In this document: in pieces, positions 46,085-59,574 of the stretch
How the letters are laid out: each line of letters starts with the position of its first letter
Numbering within the stretch: position 1 is the stretch's first letter
NCBI RefSeq assembly: GCF_009914755.1
Contig: NC_060933.1
Origin: the human T2T-CHM13v2.0 reference genome, Homo sapiens
Length of the DNA: 64,000 nt
Strand: one strand, 5' to 3'
The notes under the pieces: generated by a model
Told to the model about the DNA's origin: nothing
Seen by the model: only the letters and a program-made list of their open reading frames with translations
Database searches by the model: none
Made by a program: the position numbers and the translations under genes

Positions 46085-48187
46085 CACTTCTACTTGCATT
46101 AACTTTATTACACAAATAAGACATTTACAAAGCACGACATGAAAGGTATGTAACAAAACAGACATTGGTTTTACAAAAAAAGTGCTTACAATTTTTTTTC
46201 CGTGTGTGTGTTTTCCCCTTTTTTTGTATTTAAATAAATAGTCTTGATGGCCTGTACGTTCCCAGGCTGCTCTTAACAGGGTAGTGGAGACATGTTTGAA
46301 CTGTAACATGCTACGGCCACATAATCCACGCAAGGAATAGACCCTGAGGAGAGGCTCAAGGCAGAGTGTGTTGGGTGACCCTGGGTAGGGCTTGGTTGGC
46401 CACTTACCACATGGTTGCCACTGGGGCCTTGATGATCAGGAGCAAAAATCAAAGGAAAGATTTGAGCTCCAAGGCCAGGAATTGGGCCCTGGTTGCTCCT
46501 GTTAATGTCAGCGCCTAGCACAGGGCTGGGCACAAGTTACCACTGACTGAGTGCTGAGCTGAGCTGTACTCACCACGTTCTGAGTGGTGCCTGCTCTTTG
46601 CCCTCAGTCAGCTGTCACTGTCTTTGGAAGGGAGAGGAAGCAGGTTCCCTTCTTAGGCTGCACCTGTGCCTACCCTGCCTGTAGATCCCAGAGCAAGAAT
46701 GACCTATAGGCTTTCATGTTAAGTGCCAACGTCAAGCATTTGAACTCTGAAACCTTATCCAGACTCAGTGAAATAGAGCTGCCATTGATTAGCAATGTCT
46801 GCCATGGGTAAAAACAGAGACAATGGCTGCGTATGTACCATGAACTTGCTTTCCCTGTCTTAGAGTCTCCTTCCAAAAGCAACATAACAGGTTAACCACA
46901 GCAGGAAGGCGGACTTGGGCTAAAACATGCTGATTAGCAACCTCTAGTGGAAAATGCATCAGGACACCAGGTAATTCTAGAATTACAGGATAAGCTTGGG
47001 ACAAATGGGCATCCCCTGAAAACATAAATCATGGTCGTGTGTAGCCTGAGCCCTTTTGTTTGGGGTGGAAGAGTTGTAGCAGGATGGATGTTACGCAGCT
47101 GTGTCTGACCTCTGTTCTCAGGGGTGGGTGGGGCTGGCTCCAGGAAGTATTGATTGGGAAGCTCAGAGGCACCAGTTGGAATCCTGAGCTTGGCACACTC
47201 ACCTAGGCAATGGGCACCCTCTCTCTACTTAGAGATGGATCCAGGGTTAACATTCTGACTGCCATTTCACTGGGCTCTGTTCCCTCTCCCCTATAAGGGA
47301 TTCCCCTTCCATTGAGAAGACCTGGCCCAAGCACCACTATGAGAGGTCAACAAGTGGCCAACAGGGGTCCCCAACTCTAACCTGTCCAAACATTCAGAAG
47401 AGTCATGGCACAGATCGAATACCATCGCTGCTATGTTTCTTACATATATGCTGGATAATTAGGTGGGGGTAGGGTCTCTCCCTGACCCCAGAGTTTTCTC
47501 TTTCCTCTCCTTAAAATGGCTAGTGCCTCTTCTGGTCCAATATGTCACCGCCCTCTCCTTGATTTCCAAACCAATGGGGGTCTTTCTTCTCCCCATTCCC
47601 TGTCTATCCCCGCTGCCTCCTAGTCTGGGCAGGCCTCCATCTCTGCCCTATTAGGCTTCTCAGGGTTGGTCACTGTCTCTTCTCTTTCTGAATTAACTTG
47701 ACATAACCAGACAGATGGAAATGATAAAATTAGAACATAGCTTTCCTTTGGGGACATCCCACAAACACTGTAGAGTTTTCCAGACAAAAGCAACAGAGTG
47801 GATAACATTGGGGGTTGTCAGCTATTCAGAATTCAGAGATGGTTCCAAGGAAGTAGTAAATAAAGGCCAATGTGGGGGAAAAAAACCTGTAAATGAGAAG
47901 GCCGTTGGCATCGCACAATTCAATTCCGCCTTTTGTTATTGTAATCAGCTGAAGTTGAAGAGGACTCCTGTTTAAATGGGAAAAACAGGCTGTTTCCACC
48001 CTGATTCCAGATTTCAGGGAGTTCTGCCTTCCAAGAGGAGGACTCTGTGGTGCTCCTGGTGGGTTCTGGTTCTCAGCAGGAGAGGGAAAGGCCAGGCCTC
48101 GGGAACCGACCTGGTGGTGGGCAGGATGGCGGACGGGGGTGGATGCGGAGGTGGGTGGACTCCTGGCCGCAGCTTGGACACTGGATC
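46085..48187 (-). other. LHX6: LHX6 3' UTR (~2.1 kb, free of Alu)
   Basis: Runs from the stop codons to AATAAA at 46109-46104; the terminal 250 nt are AU-rich; the 3' end is approximate. Confidence 0.8.
46104..46109 (-). terminator. LHX6 polyadenylation signal AATAAA
   Basis: tttatt on the + strand at the end of the AU-rich terminal UTR block. Confidence 0.8.
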
Positions 48188-48267
48188 TCAGCGGCTGAGG
48201 GGCAGCTGTGGGGCGCCCACGGGCAGATGCGGAAGTGCCGGCAGCGTTAGTACTGAAAAAGGATGAC
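48188..48267 (-). CDS. LHX6: LHX6 last exon coding part: VILFQY* (stop 48249-48247) when the cassette exon is included; SHPFSVLTLPALPHLPVGAPQLPLSR* (stop 48190-48188) when it is skipped
   Basis: Acceptor CTCTTGCAG at 48268; both frames translated by hand. Confidence 0.9.
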
Positions 48268-51200
48268 CTGCAAGAGGAGGGCATGGGAGGTGGCTGAGCT
48301 GGGGGCCTGCCCCACCCTGCTGCCCCCCAGAGAACCTCAAAGGCACAGAGAAGAAGGGTGGACTCAGGGCCCAGATCTGAGTTTAAATCCTGGCTCTGTC
48401 AACTGACTTGCTGTGGGACCTTGGGCAACTCACTGCACCTCTCTGAGCCTGTTTCCTCATCTTTAAAACAAGGATGACAAAATCTCTCTCTGAGAATCAG
48501 AGAGATTCAATGAGATACAACAGCAGCAGCAAAAGCCTTCTGGGCATTTCACCCTGCACCTTCTGTGCCTGATTTCACGGAAGCCGCACCATAGCCCCGT
48601 GAGGGAGTTCCAACGTTCTGTTTTACAAGGAGGGCACTCAGGCTCAAAGAGGTGGAAGCGAGTGAGCTCGTGGGCACACAGCGAGGAGGAGGACCTGGCA
48701 CTGGAGGCCAGGCCTGGCTCACAGCAAGCTCTCCCTACCAAAGCACATTGCCTCTACCTTTCCAAGGTCACCGTGACCATAGTGGCTGACTGCTTATTAC
48801 CCACAGGGCCACGGGCTAAGCACTTCACATGCGCTTAATCTTCACATGCACGAAGCCTAGAAGTGCGTGGCTCAGACACACTGGGTGCCCGATACACAGT
48901 GGGAGATCAGGACTGTCTGTCCCTTTCCCCCTCCCACTCCCACCTCTAGCACTTGGTTGACATCTCACTGCTGCTGACACAGCTAGTTCCCTGAAGTTCA
49001 GGTCAAGGATCACTGGCTGGCTGGTCAATGGCAATGTGTCATTTCACAGTAAAGTGTGAGGGGCATCTGGTGGGCATGACTACATGGCTGTTCCCTTTTC
49101 TGATCAGGAATGTTACTTGCCCAGAACTGGTTATCACAAGGAGGTGATGGAGGAAAGCAATGATGATGATCACCATAATAGTGATCATGATCATAACCAA
49201 CACCTGGGGGCATTTTCTGTGCACCAGGCTCTGTGCTGGGCTCCTTACACACATTATGCATTTATTCTCTGCAGCAACCCTACGGAGTGGGAACTATTAT
49301 TATCCCCAGTTTGCAGATGTAGAAACCGCAGCTCAGAGAAACTAATTGCATTCCCAGATCTCACAGGGGAGGTGGCAGAGCTGGGATTCCGAGCTGGCCT
49401 AACTCCAGAGTGGCCAGGGTGGGCATTCCTTCCCCACCCTGGCCACTGCTCCACTTTGGCCTCCAGAATGCCTGGCTTTTAGCCCTTATTAGGAAAAGCT
49501 CTCTCAAGAGTGGCGACCCTGGTAGGACCCTTCCCCTCCATGGGTCTCAGTCTCCTCCACTGATCAATGACAGCTTAGCCCTGATTTCTAAGAACTTTCC
49601 AAGTGTTGGATTTGTGGGATCAGGGGACACAACCAGGAAGAAATGTGGCTCTGGAACCTCACAGGTGTGTGTGGCCAAATGACGATGCGATGGAGGCAGG
49701 GGATGCTCCCCTGAGTGCTCAGAGCACTGTTCTCCTGGCCAGGCCAGTGCTGGTCTAGATGAGTGGGTTCAGGGGCCAGCCCCATGGGGACACTGAGTCT
49801 CCTCACAGCTAGGCAGGCTCAGGCCTGGAAGGACTTGGAAGAAAGCCCAGACAATCCTGTGCTGGCCACACACATACCACACCCTGCCGCCCACCAAGCC
49901 CCAGGAATTTGAGAGTTATGGACAAGAAAAGTCCCTAGGAGCTGGCGGAAAGGCCTGACAGTGAGAGGACAGAAGGTCATGAAGGAGGGAGAGACACTTT
50001 AATGCAGACTTTCTGGGTGCAAAGTTGGGGACACAGCCCAGCAAGGGAAAACTCTGGCTCAGCAGCCAAATCCAGAAGCCAGAAACTGTCTATAGCCAAA
50101 TCTGACAGCCCCCAGCATGGCTCATCCCCCAGGCTGAATGAGACAGAACCACAAGCTTAGCTGAGCAACCAGGAGGCAAAGGCTCCTCTCCAAGCACTGA
50201 GCCCAGCCCTCTGTACCTCCAGGGCCCATCCCTGCCCTCCACATAATGTCCAAGACCCTCTTTCCATGATCCTTTGTTCTGTGGCCCCTGTCGGCTCTCC
50301 CCACTTCCCTGGACCTCAGCCACACTGAACGTCCCCCAGGGTCCCCTCCGGCCCAAGCTCCTCCATGCCTCTGGGCCTTTGCACATGCGGTTCTCTTGAT
50401 GTGGAACACCCTTCTTCTTGTCCCCTGTCTCTCCCCTAGAGCTCACTGCCTCCTCTTCTGGGTCCTCTAAGGTCAAGTTTCTCGCCTACTCCAGCTGCCC
50501 ATTCCCCTGCAATGTAACTGCCCACACCCTGTGCTAAGCCACAAGCTCCCTGAGGGCAGGGATCATGTCAGCTCACTTCTGCAGTCCCAGAGCCAGGTCT
50601 AATAGGATGAATCCCCTCCCACAGGAAGGGACAGCTCTGAGGCAGGTGGCTCTAGGATCCCGGCCAGTTCTGCCCATGCTCACATTGTGATTCTGGATGA
50701 GCACTGCTCTGTCTGAGCCTCCGTTTCTGCAAGTGTGAAATGGAGGTCATCGCAATCACCCTCCCAGGGAGACTATGAAGGATGAGGTCGGAGAGAGGGC
50801 TGTGTACACAATGAAGTGCTGCACAAAAGGAAGTGATTACTGAGCCGCGCAGACTTCAGAGTCCGACAGACTCGCTGCATCCCTGGACAAGTCATGTCAC
50901 CTCTCGGAATCTGTTTATCTCTTTACAATGAGAAGGCCATCTCTATGTCCACAAAGTGGCTGGGAGGTGTGAACCAGATGCCATGTGAGAAGTAGCTGCC
51001 TTGAACAGAAGGAGCTCAGCAAACGGCAGCTCTTCCTATGGATGTGACAGTCTCAGCGGCGATGGTGTTCCTGGGGCATGCTCACTCACTACAGATTCTG
51101 CAGGATTTTACGTTAGGCACTACCATTTATTTACAAATGTATCTGTCCAGGGCTGTCTGTACCTCCACACCATACACATTCTCCTGTGGTGCCCGGCACA

Positions 51201-51933
51201 GAGAGCTCAGTACATACTAGGTGTACTGAGCTCAATCAGGAGGCTGAGCCAGAGGTACCATCCTAAAGGAGCTGTCCCCACCCCGGCTGCCCGTTAGAAT
51301 CACACAGGCTGAGTATTACACTCGCAGATCCCTATATCCCACCCCAACAGACTCTCTGAGAGCGAGGCTTAGGAATCTCTGTATATTTACAAGCTGCCCA
51401 GGTGATTCCGAGCACACCAAGACCGGGATCTGCTGAACTGGAGGGCTCCTGACTCCAGCCCTAATGCTCTGACCCTCTCCCTCCGAGGGACTGCCACACC
51501 CACTGACCTCCAGGGATCCCTGCTTCCTACTGGGTGTCCTCCAACCCAGCAGTCTCTGAAGACTGCTACAGTGATGTTTCTGCAGCAGGCCCTCCAGGAC
51601 CCCACACTGCCGCAGCATAAAATACAGACTCTTCCACCTGGCAGCCTCAAGGCTCTCGCTTTCCTCCTCTCATCCTCCCAGACATGCCTGCCAACAATGC
51701 TGAATGGCTCAGGGTTCCCTGAGAGCTCTGGTGTCTCATGCCTTCCCTGATGCCTCAGCTTTCAGGCCTGGCCTTAGAGGTTGCCTCTTCTGGGAAGTCT
51801 TCCCTGCCTCTCTCCTTTGCCCCCTTCCCCCTCCCCAGCTCCCATGGCTTCCCCTGTCACACTGTATTGTAACTGTTGGGATCTGCCTCCCCCTCCAGAC
51901 TCTGGCCTCCTCAAGGGTAGGGACCACACTTTA

Positions 51934-52374
<441 letters not shown>

Positions 52375-53099
52375 CTATCTGGGCCTCAACGTTCCCATTT
52401 CTAAAATGAAGGGTTGTCTGACAGCACTGGCTTTCGAGGCTAACTGTGAGGTGTCTTGGAGCTGGGAGGGAGGTAAGTCTCCTCCTCTCTCCATGGTTTC
52501 AGAGCAGCTCCATCCACCTTCATCTGCACTATGGACAAGTTTAAACAAAGGGTTGCATTGCTTCAGAAATAATACCTTGAAGCCCTGGAATGGGGACAGC
52601 TAAGCACCCTTTTAGAAGTGCAGTCCTAAAGCCTGAGACAACCAGAAATCCTGGCTCCACAGAGGAGGCCCTGCCAGTTGACCAAGGTCACTGGCTGGCC
52701 AGCTATCCCTGAACCCCATCAGCTCAGGATATTCACTCCCAACAGACAAGAATGAAAAGGAGAAACCAGTGAGATGATGGGAAGTGGGGTGATGAGTGAT
52801 ATAAGCCCTCCCTGGAACTTAAAGCTTGAGTAAAGGAAATTCACAAATCTAAGACAGAGCAGGGCAAACTGCCAGTGGGGAGCTGCAAGGAGGCCTTCGG
52901 AGTGGCCATGCACACAGAACACACTAGCAACCACCGCTCCAGTGACTGCTGTGGGGGTGCGGTGGGGGTCTCAGCAGGCCGGGCAGACAGGGTCTGCCAC
53001 AGCGCAGCATGGTACCAAATGGTTAACAGAGGATGCTGCCAGAAACCCATCCCCAGCAGGGTGGCTCTGACCCACCAGACCCAACCTGGCTCCATTTAC

Positions 53100-53203
53100 C
53101 TTCTCACCCCGGTTGGAGAGCGGCCCATCCATATCGGCTTTGAGGTGGACGGGGGGTGCGGTGTAAGGCAGCCGGCAGTGCACCTGCCCGCACTGTACCT
53201 GAC
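53100..53203 (-). CDS. LHX6: LHX6 104-nt alternative (cassette) exon ([35 protein letters not shown])
   Basis: Acceptor TCCACAG, donor AAG|GTAAAT; phase 1 to 0; matches the recalled long-isoform C-terminus. Confidence 0.9.
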
Positions 53204-53251
53204 CTGTGGACGAGAGGATGCCTTGGAGCTCATCCCCCAGGCTGCACATAG

Positions 53252-53703
<452 letters not shown>

Positions 53704-54064
53704 AATTGTGATGCTCTTTATAGTCTATAAAGAGCTACGTGAGAGTGAGGTATAACCATCTAGCTCACTGATAAACACTCCTAAATAAATATGTGTTTTC
53801 ATATTCATGCACATGCAAGCAAGTCTGTACCCTGCCTATTCAGGCCCTGCAAGCAAGGCTGTGCCCCATCTATTCAGACCCTCCCTCAGTAAGTTCATAT
53901 CTCTTAGGTATCACCATGACTTTACCCATGCCTCTTAGAGGACTCTGTACTCGTATGTCACCTCTCTCTTTACGACTGCAACCAACACCAACACCTATCT
54001 CCTACCCTCCCTGTCTTCCTCCCGGCTTTATTTCCTTAGCACTTATCATCTGACTTAACTGCAT

Positions 54065-54407
<343 letters not shown>

Positions 54408-54869
54408 TAGAATGCAAAGCTCCACGAGGGCAGGAATTTTTTGTATGTTTTCTAGATTCTAGATCTTTGTGGATTTCCAGCACCTAGAGTGAGGCATGGC
54501 ATTTAGTAGGTACTCTTAAGTATGTGCTGAATGAATTTCTATACCATATTCCAACATCTAAAACTGTTGGGGAAAGTCCACCTTTGGGTCGGATCCAAAT
54601 TTCTCATGCTTCAGCCTGTTTATCACTACAGCGGAGAAGTCCATTGCTGGTCTCTTCTTTAGGCTTCATTCTCTTTGGTCACAGGGAAAGGGCATTGTAG
54701 AGACACTTACAACTGATATATAAACCGGGACAATTCACTGTGCCCTTCTGAGCCACAGTTCTCCCATTTGTAGAATAAAGGAGTTATATTAAATTGGGAG
54801 TTCTTCACCTGGGGTGTTCAAGGAGTCCATATACAACTTCAGATTACTTGGAAAATGTATGTACATCTG

Positions 54870-55083
54870 CATTTTTCTGGGGTCTGGTTCCAAAGCTTTT
54901 ATCAGATTCCAAGCTCGAAGCCTCCAGGAAACTCAGTATTCTGTGACTTTAGTTAACCGCAGAGCAAACTCTACAGAAAAACTCATTTTTCTGGGGTCTG
55001 GTTCTAACACTTTCATTAGCTTCCCAGCTTAAGGCTTCAGAAAATTCACAACTCCATGACTGTAGTTTACCATAGAGCAAACT
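54870..55083. repeat. Diverged 114-bp tandem duplication
   Basis: CATTTTTCTGGGGTCTGGTTC at 54870 and 54984; both copies end AGAGCAAACT. Confidence 0.85.
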
Positions 55084-57098
55084 GCTGTGGTGACTCTCAG
55101 TCAGTCATGCAGCAGGAGGTGCAGGTGCACACACCCCCAACCTCTTCTTCCCCAAGCTGAGTTCCACCACAAGGGTAAGAGGAGAGGGCACCTCAGCCTC
55201 TTCTCTAAGCAGCAAAGACAGATCTAAGTTTGGTCAACAGAGTGTATGGACAGAGTCCTGGCAGGGACTCTGGAGGTCATGGCCCCAAGTCCAAAGGGAT
55301 CATCTAGATTTCTTATTGACTCTACACCAAGTATTAGCAGGTAGCTCAGACCCCTGGTACTTATAGCGCCCCTGATCCTTGGCACCTTTAACAGGCTCTG
55401 TGCAGCCTGAATATAGTTATTGTTTAGAAAAGAAAGGGGGAAAATGTCGCTCCTATTGAGCAGATAGTTCAGAAATGGAACTATATAAAGAGACATGGTT
55501 TCCAACTGGCAGCCTGGTGCGAAGACAGGGCTCTGCACTCCTAGTTCTGCCAACCAAAACCACTCCCACCATCACAAGAGCAGCCAATACTTATGCGGCA
55601 CTTGCTGAATGTTGAGGATTTTCAGTTACCTCATTTGATGCTCAGAACACTGCTTTGAGATACTGTTGTCCTCATTTTTACAGATGAGGGAATGAGTATG
55701 CAAGAAAGCTAAGAAACTCACCCACTGTCACACAGCTAGTAAATGGCAGGGCTGGGATGTGAAGCCTGGCAATCTGAAACCAAAGCCCACACTCGATCAT
55801 TAAGGCATACCGGCTCCCACTAACTTACAGTGGGCCCTTGGTTTCCTCATCTATTCAAGGAGATGGTGGCCTCTGATGTTTAGAGACACAGTCAGTAGAA
55901 TATATGGCATATGGTCAGTAAGCAGCAGTTCTCTGTCTGATTTCCCTTCTTTTTCCCTCTTACATGGAGCCAGAGAAGGGAGGAATTGTGTCTGTGTGCA
56001 TCGCAGTCATTTACATTTTTTTGGTCATGCCCAGCTTAGAGGAAACAATTGATGGGAACAACTTCAAAGGGAAAGACAATCTGTGATAGGCACCTGCTCA
56101 GCAGCAGATTCACTGAACACTCATCCTCCAGAAATCCCCGGGGCTCCTCCCTCACTCCTCCAGGTTCCCGCTCACAAGTCACTTCACCATGACCCGCTTG
56201 CCCCTGCATCTCCGCCACAGTACTCCCTGCCACGGACATGCCTGCTCCCTCCCTGTTACTTTATCATCTCCACCATCTCCCATGCTGGAGTGCAAACCCC
56301 AGGAGCACAGAAGCTTTGGTCTACTGTGTTCACTGTCGTATCCCAGTGCAAAGAACACAGAAGGCACTCAAGATATAGCTACTGAATGCATGAATGGTGT
56401 CTCACAACCCTGTGAGGCTGGCATTATTGACATCCCAGGTTACAGATGAGGAAACCAGGGCTCAAGGAGGTTAGGTGACTTGCCTAAGGCCTCACAGCCC
56501 TGGACACTCCCATCACACTGGCCTTCTGCTCCCCAGAACACACCCATGCCACGATGCTTTCTGGGCCAGGGCCTGCGTGCATTCCGTTCCCCCACTCCAG
56601 GTACCTCACTAAATCCTATCCATCCTTTCAGTCTCTGCTTGCTGAAAGGCAGCCCAGCCCCTTCCCTTCCACCCCGCAGCATCTCCAGTCACTCCTACCC
56701 AGCACCTTTCCTACAGGAATCATCCCACTTAAAACGACACACTCATCTGCCTATTTTTCCATGCCCACCAGAACGCAGGCTCCACAGAGTAGGTACCTTG
56801 TCCAGCCTGTTCTCTCCCCAGTCTCCGGGCACTGGCACATTGTGGGTGCTTTGAAGGCATTTTTTGAATGGCTGCTGAATCGCTTGCCTCTATGAAGGAT
56901 CCCGCTCCACTGAGGCAGAGCCGAAGATTTGACCCTTCTTCCCCCAACTCCTAGATCCAAATGACTTCGGGTCCCGCTTCTTCACCCACGAGGCTCCCCA
57001 AGGCCCTCCACCCCACGCCTCGGCCTCAGCCGCCCACGTGCGCTCCTCCGCGCCCCCTCCCCGCAGGCCCAGCGGCTCCCGGCGCTGCGGTTACTTAC

Positions 57099-57273
57099 TC
57101 TCAATGTAGCCGTGCAGGGTGACCATGCGCGCCCGCTCGGGGCTGCTGAACGGGGTGTAGTGGATGTCGTCGGACAGGGCGGAGGGAAGGCGGGACGGGG
57201 GCGCCCCCGAGGGCGGCACTGGGTGTTGCGGCGTGTGCTTTTTATGACGCGCCCGGCAGTTTTGAAACCACAC
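57099..57273 (-). CDS. LHX6: LHX6 exon: helix 3 ([12 protein letters not shown]) and Pro/Ser-rich tail to HGYIE
   Basis: Acceptor GTTCCAG, donor A|GTAAGT; 175 nt. Confidence 0.96.
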
Positions 57274-57466
57274 CTGGAACGACAGCCTCGGCAGCCTCAG
57301 CCTCGAGGAAAAGAGTCGGACGCGCCGCCGGGAGACCCCAGGCGGGACTGCCTCGTCGCCTCCTGCAGAAGGATGGCCACGTGCACGCACCACCCTCCGC
57401 GCCGAGCCCAGCTACGAGCTCCGGGGCGTGCCCGCGGTCCCCAGGCCCCGCCCACCCCCGTCCCAC

Positions 57467-57562
57467 CTGGATGACTCTCCGGCTGAGGCCCGTCATGTCC
57501 GCCAGCTTCTGCAGCGTCTGAGCGTCGGGGTTGTTGTCCTGCGCGAACTGCGCCTGCATAAC
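57467..57562 (-). CDS. LHX6: LHX6 homeodomain exon ([32 protein letters not shown])
   Basis: Acceptor CCCGCAG, donor CAG|GTGGGA; 96 nt. Confidence 0.97.
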
Positions 57563-57775
57563 CTGCGGGGCGGGGAGGGCGGTGAGGCGCTCGCACGCAG
57601 AGACTCCGAGACCCCGGCCCAATCAGCGGCGCCAGTCCACAGGCCACGCCCCAGGCAGCTGCGGCCCCGCCCCGCCACCCGGGTCCGGGCCGAGGGGCGG
57701 AGCCAGGAGACATTGTCGGCCCCGCCCACTTTCGGCCCGGCCCCCGCCCCCGCCGCCCACTGCTTGCAGCGGTAC

Positions 57776-57876
57776 CTGCAGCTGTTCCGCGGTGAAGGAC
57801 GTCCGCGCGCGCTTGGCCGGCTTGGGTTGACTGTCCTGTTCCGAGGGCACTGCCCCCTCCAACGTGAGGCCGTTCC
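57776..57876 (-). CDS. LHX6: LHX6 exon: linker and start of homeodomain (GNGLTLEG...[13 protein letters not shown])
   Basis: Acceptor CCCCCAG, donor CAG|GTACCG; 101 nt. Confidence 0.96.
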
Positions 57877-59540
57877 CTGGGGGCGATAGAAGCAGCTGAC
57901 CACGCGTCCCCATCTCTTCTAGTGGCAGCCTGGAAAGGACGGGGGTGGGGGGAGCTTGTCCCTGGAAGGGTCAGGAGCGGGAGTTGGCTGGGAGCAGGGA
58001 TCCCAGGGTCCTAGTCCCTGAGCTCAGTCTTTGGGGAAGGGGTTTCTGAGCGTCCGCTTAGTACTGGACACTTCTTACACGACTGGACCACGTCTTACAG
58101 CCCTAAGGAGAGGTGGCGTTACCTCATTATACATGGGAGGAAACTGAGGCTCAGAGAGAAGGAAAGCCCCTGCCCTGGCCCTTTCAACTAGAATCCGAAA
58201 GCTAGCTGACCCTAATGTCCCAAACTGGGCTCCCTGCTGGCGAAACTGGGGGACACCAAAGGCTAGAGGAGATAGGAAGCAAGCAAGTAACGGAACTATG
58301 CTCCTAATTTTATAAAAATAAGCGGAAGGAAAAAAGGTTGTAAGAATATACAACAAGGTGTTGGCAGTGGTTTACTTCCCAGGAATGTGATTATGGAAAC
58401 TTTTTACTTTCAGTATTCCTGTAACTTTTGAGGTATTTAAAAACAATCATATGTTGCCTTACTTCTGTAAGGTTTAATTTTGTTAACCGGCGTATATGTT
58501 AGATATTCTCTTTCCACTCATATTACTTTTACAGTCATACTAAAACACTAACCATATTCCCATTTTATTTTTAATACTTCATTGTTCTGAATATCCTCAA
58601 AATCTCAGAAAATTTCCATAAGCACAAAGAAGAAAATAAAAATCACCAGTAATTCCAGCACTCAGAAATAACCATTGTTCACAATTTATTGTAACTTTTT
58701 AATTAGGAAAAAATTATGTTGAAGGAAAAAAGCAAACATTGTAACATACATGGAAAAAAATCTGAGAAGATACACATTAAAATATGAAGAAGGCAGCATT
58801 TGGAGCAATCGTTATTTTCTTCTTTTTGCTTACCATCTTTTCTAATTTTTCTACAATGAACGTGTGTGTATCTGTGTGTGTGTTATGTTTAAAAAGTGAA
58901 ACAGTAGCCAATACTGAGGGCTGATCAGTAAGAGAGATCGGAGGCCCCAGCTTTCAAGTTCCTCAGCATGTTAAGTCTGTGGACAGGTGTGGCTGTGAGA
59001 GCTAGGATGTAATTGGCAAGGTTGTAACTACAGGTGGTCCTGGTTGGACCATGTGTGGAAGGAGCCTGTGGTCGCTGATGGACCACAGTGTGGGAAAGCT
59101 CTGACTCCTGGGTTTCCATCCCAGCTCTACTGCTGACTTGCTGACCACTGCAGATAATTTCATTGCCCATCACTGCAGATAAGCAGGCAGCAAGTGAAAC
59201 CCAAGTTCACTAGATGCCCCCTTAGACCCACTTAGTCCTGATCCTGGCAGGAGAAAATGATGGCCCTGGTATGCCCATGGCCAGGAACACTCTTGCGGTC
59301 CCTGACTAGTCTCCAGGCTGGGACCTAGAAGTTGAGGCAGGGTGGTTCATACTCCTCCCCAGAAAAACTGGGGGTTGGGCAGACACTCTGTGGTATTAAT
59401 GTCCCCTAGGAAAGCAGGCAGGGCAAGGATTGGTGTGTTGGTTTTTTAGATGGGAAACTAAAACAGAGGCAGCTACATCCCAGAAGCCTCCTTGGCTTTA
59501 TGAGATCTGATTAAGGTGCCCTAGAGCTTAGGGCCAAGGT

Positions 59541-59574
59541 GGTGTGGTATGGTATGATATGGTATGGTATGGTA
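59541..59574. repeat. (TGGTA)n pentanucleotide repeat at the head of a MIR
   Basis: ggtgtggtatggtatgatatggtatggtatggta. Confidence 0.8.

Larger units (their letters stand above)
56960..57910. promoter_or_regulatory. Intragenic CpG island over the LHX6 homeobox exons
   Basis: Very high GC and CpG content, including the 193-nt and 213-nt introns. Confidence 0.85.

Noticed and set aside
46061-46333. 90-aa minus-strand ORF at the end of the LHX6 3' UTR
   Set aside because: It runs across the poly(A) signal, has low-complexity A/T tracts and no coding signature.
46935-46951. CTCF-like CCACTAGAGGTTGCTA (minus strand) in the LHX6 3' UTR
   Set aside because: Two mismatches fall in the informative GGC core; it cannot be called without ChIP data.
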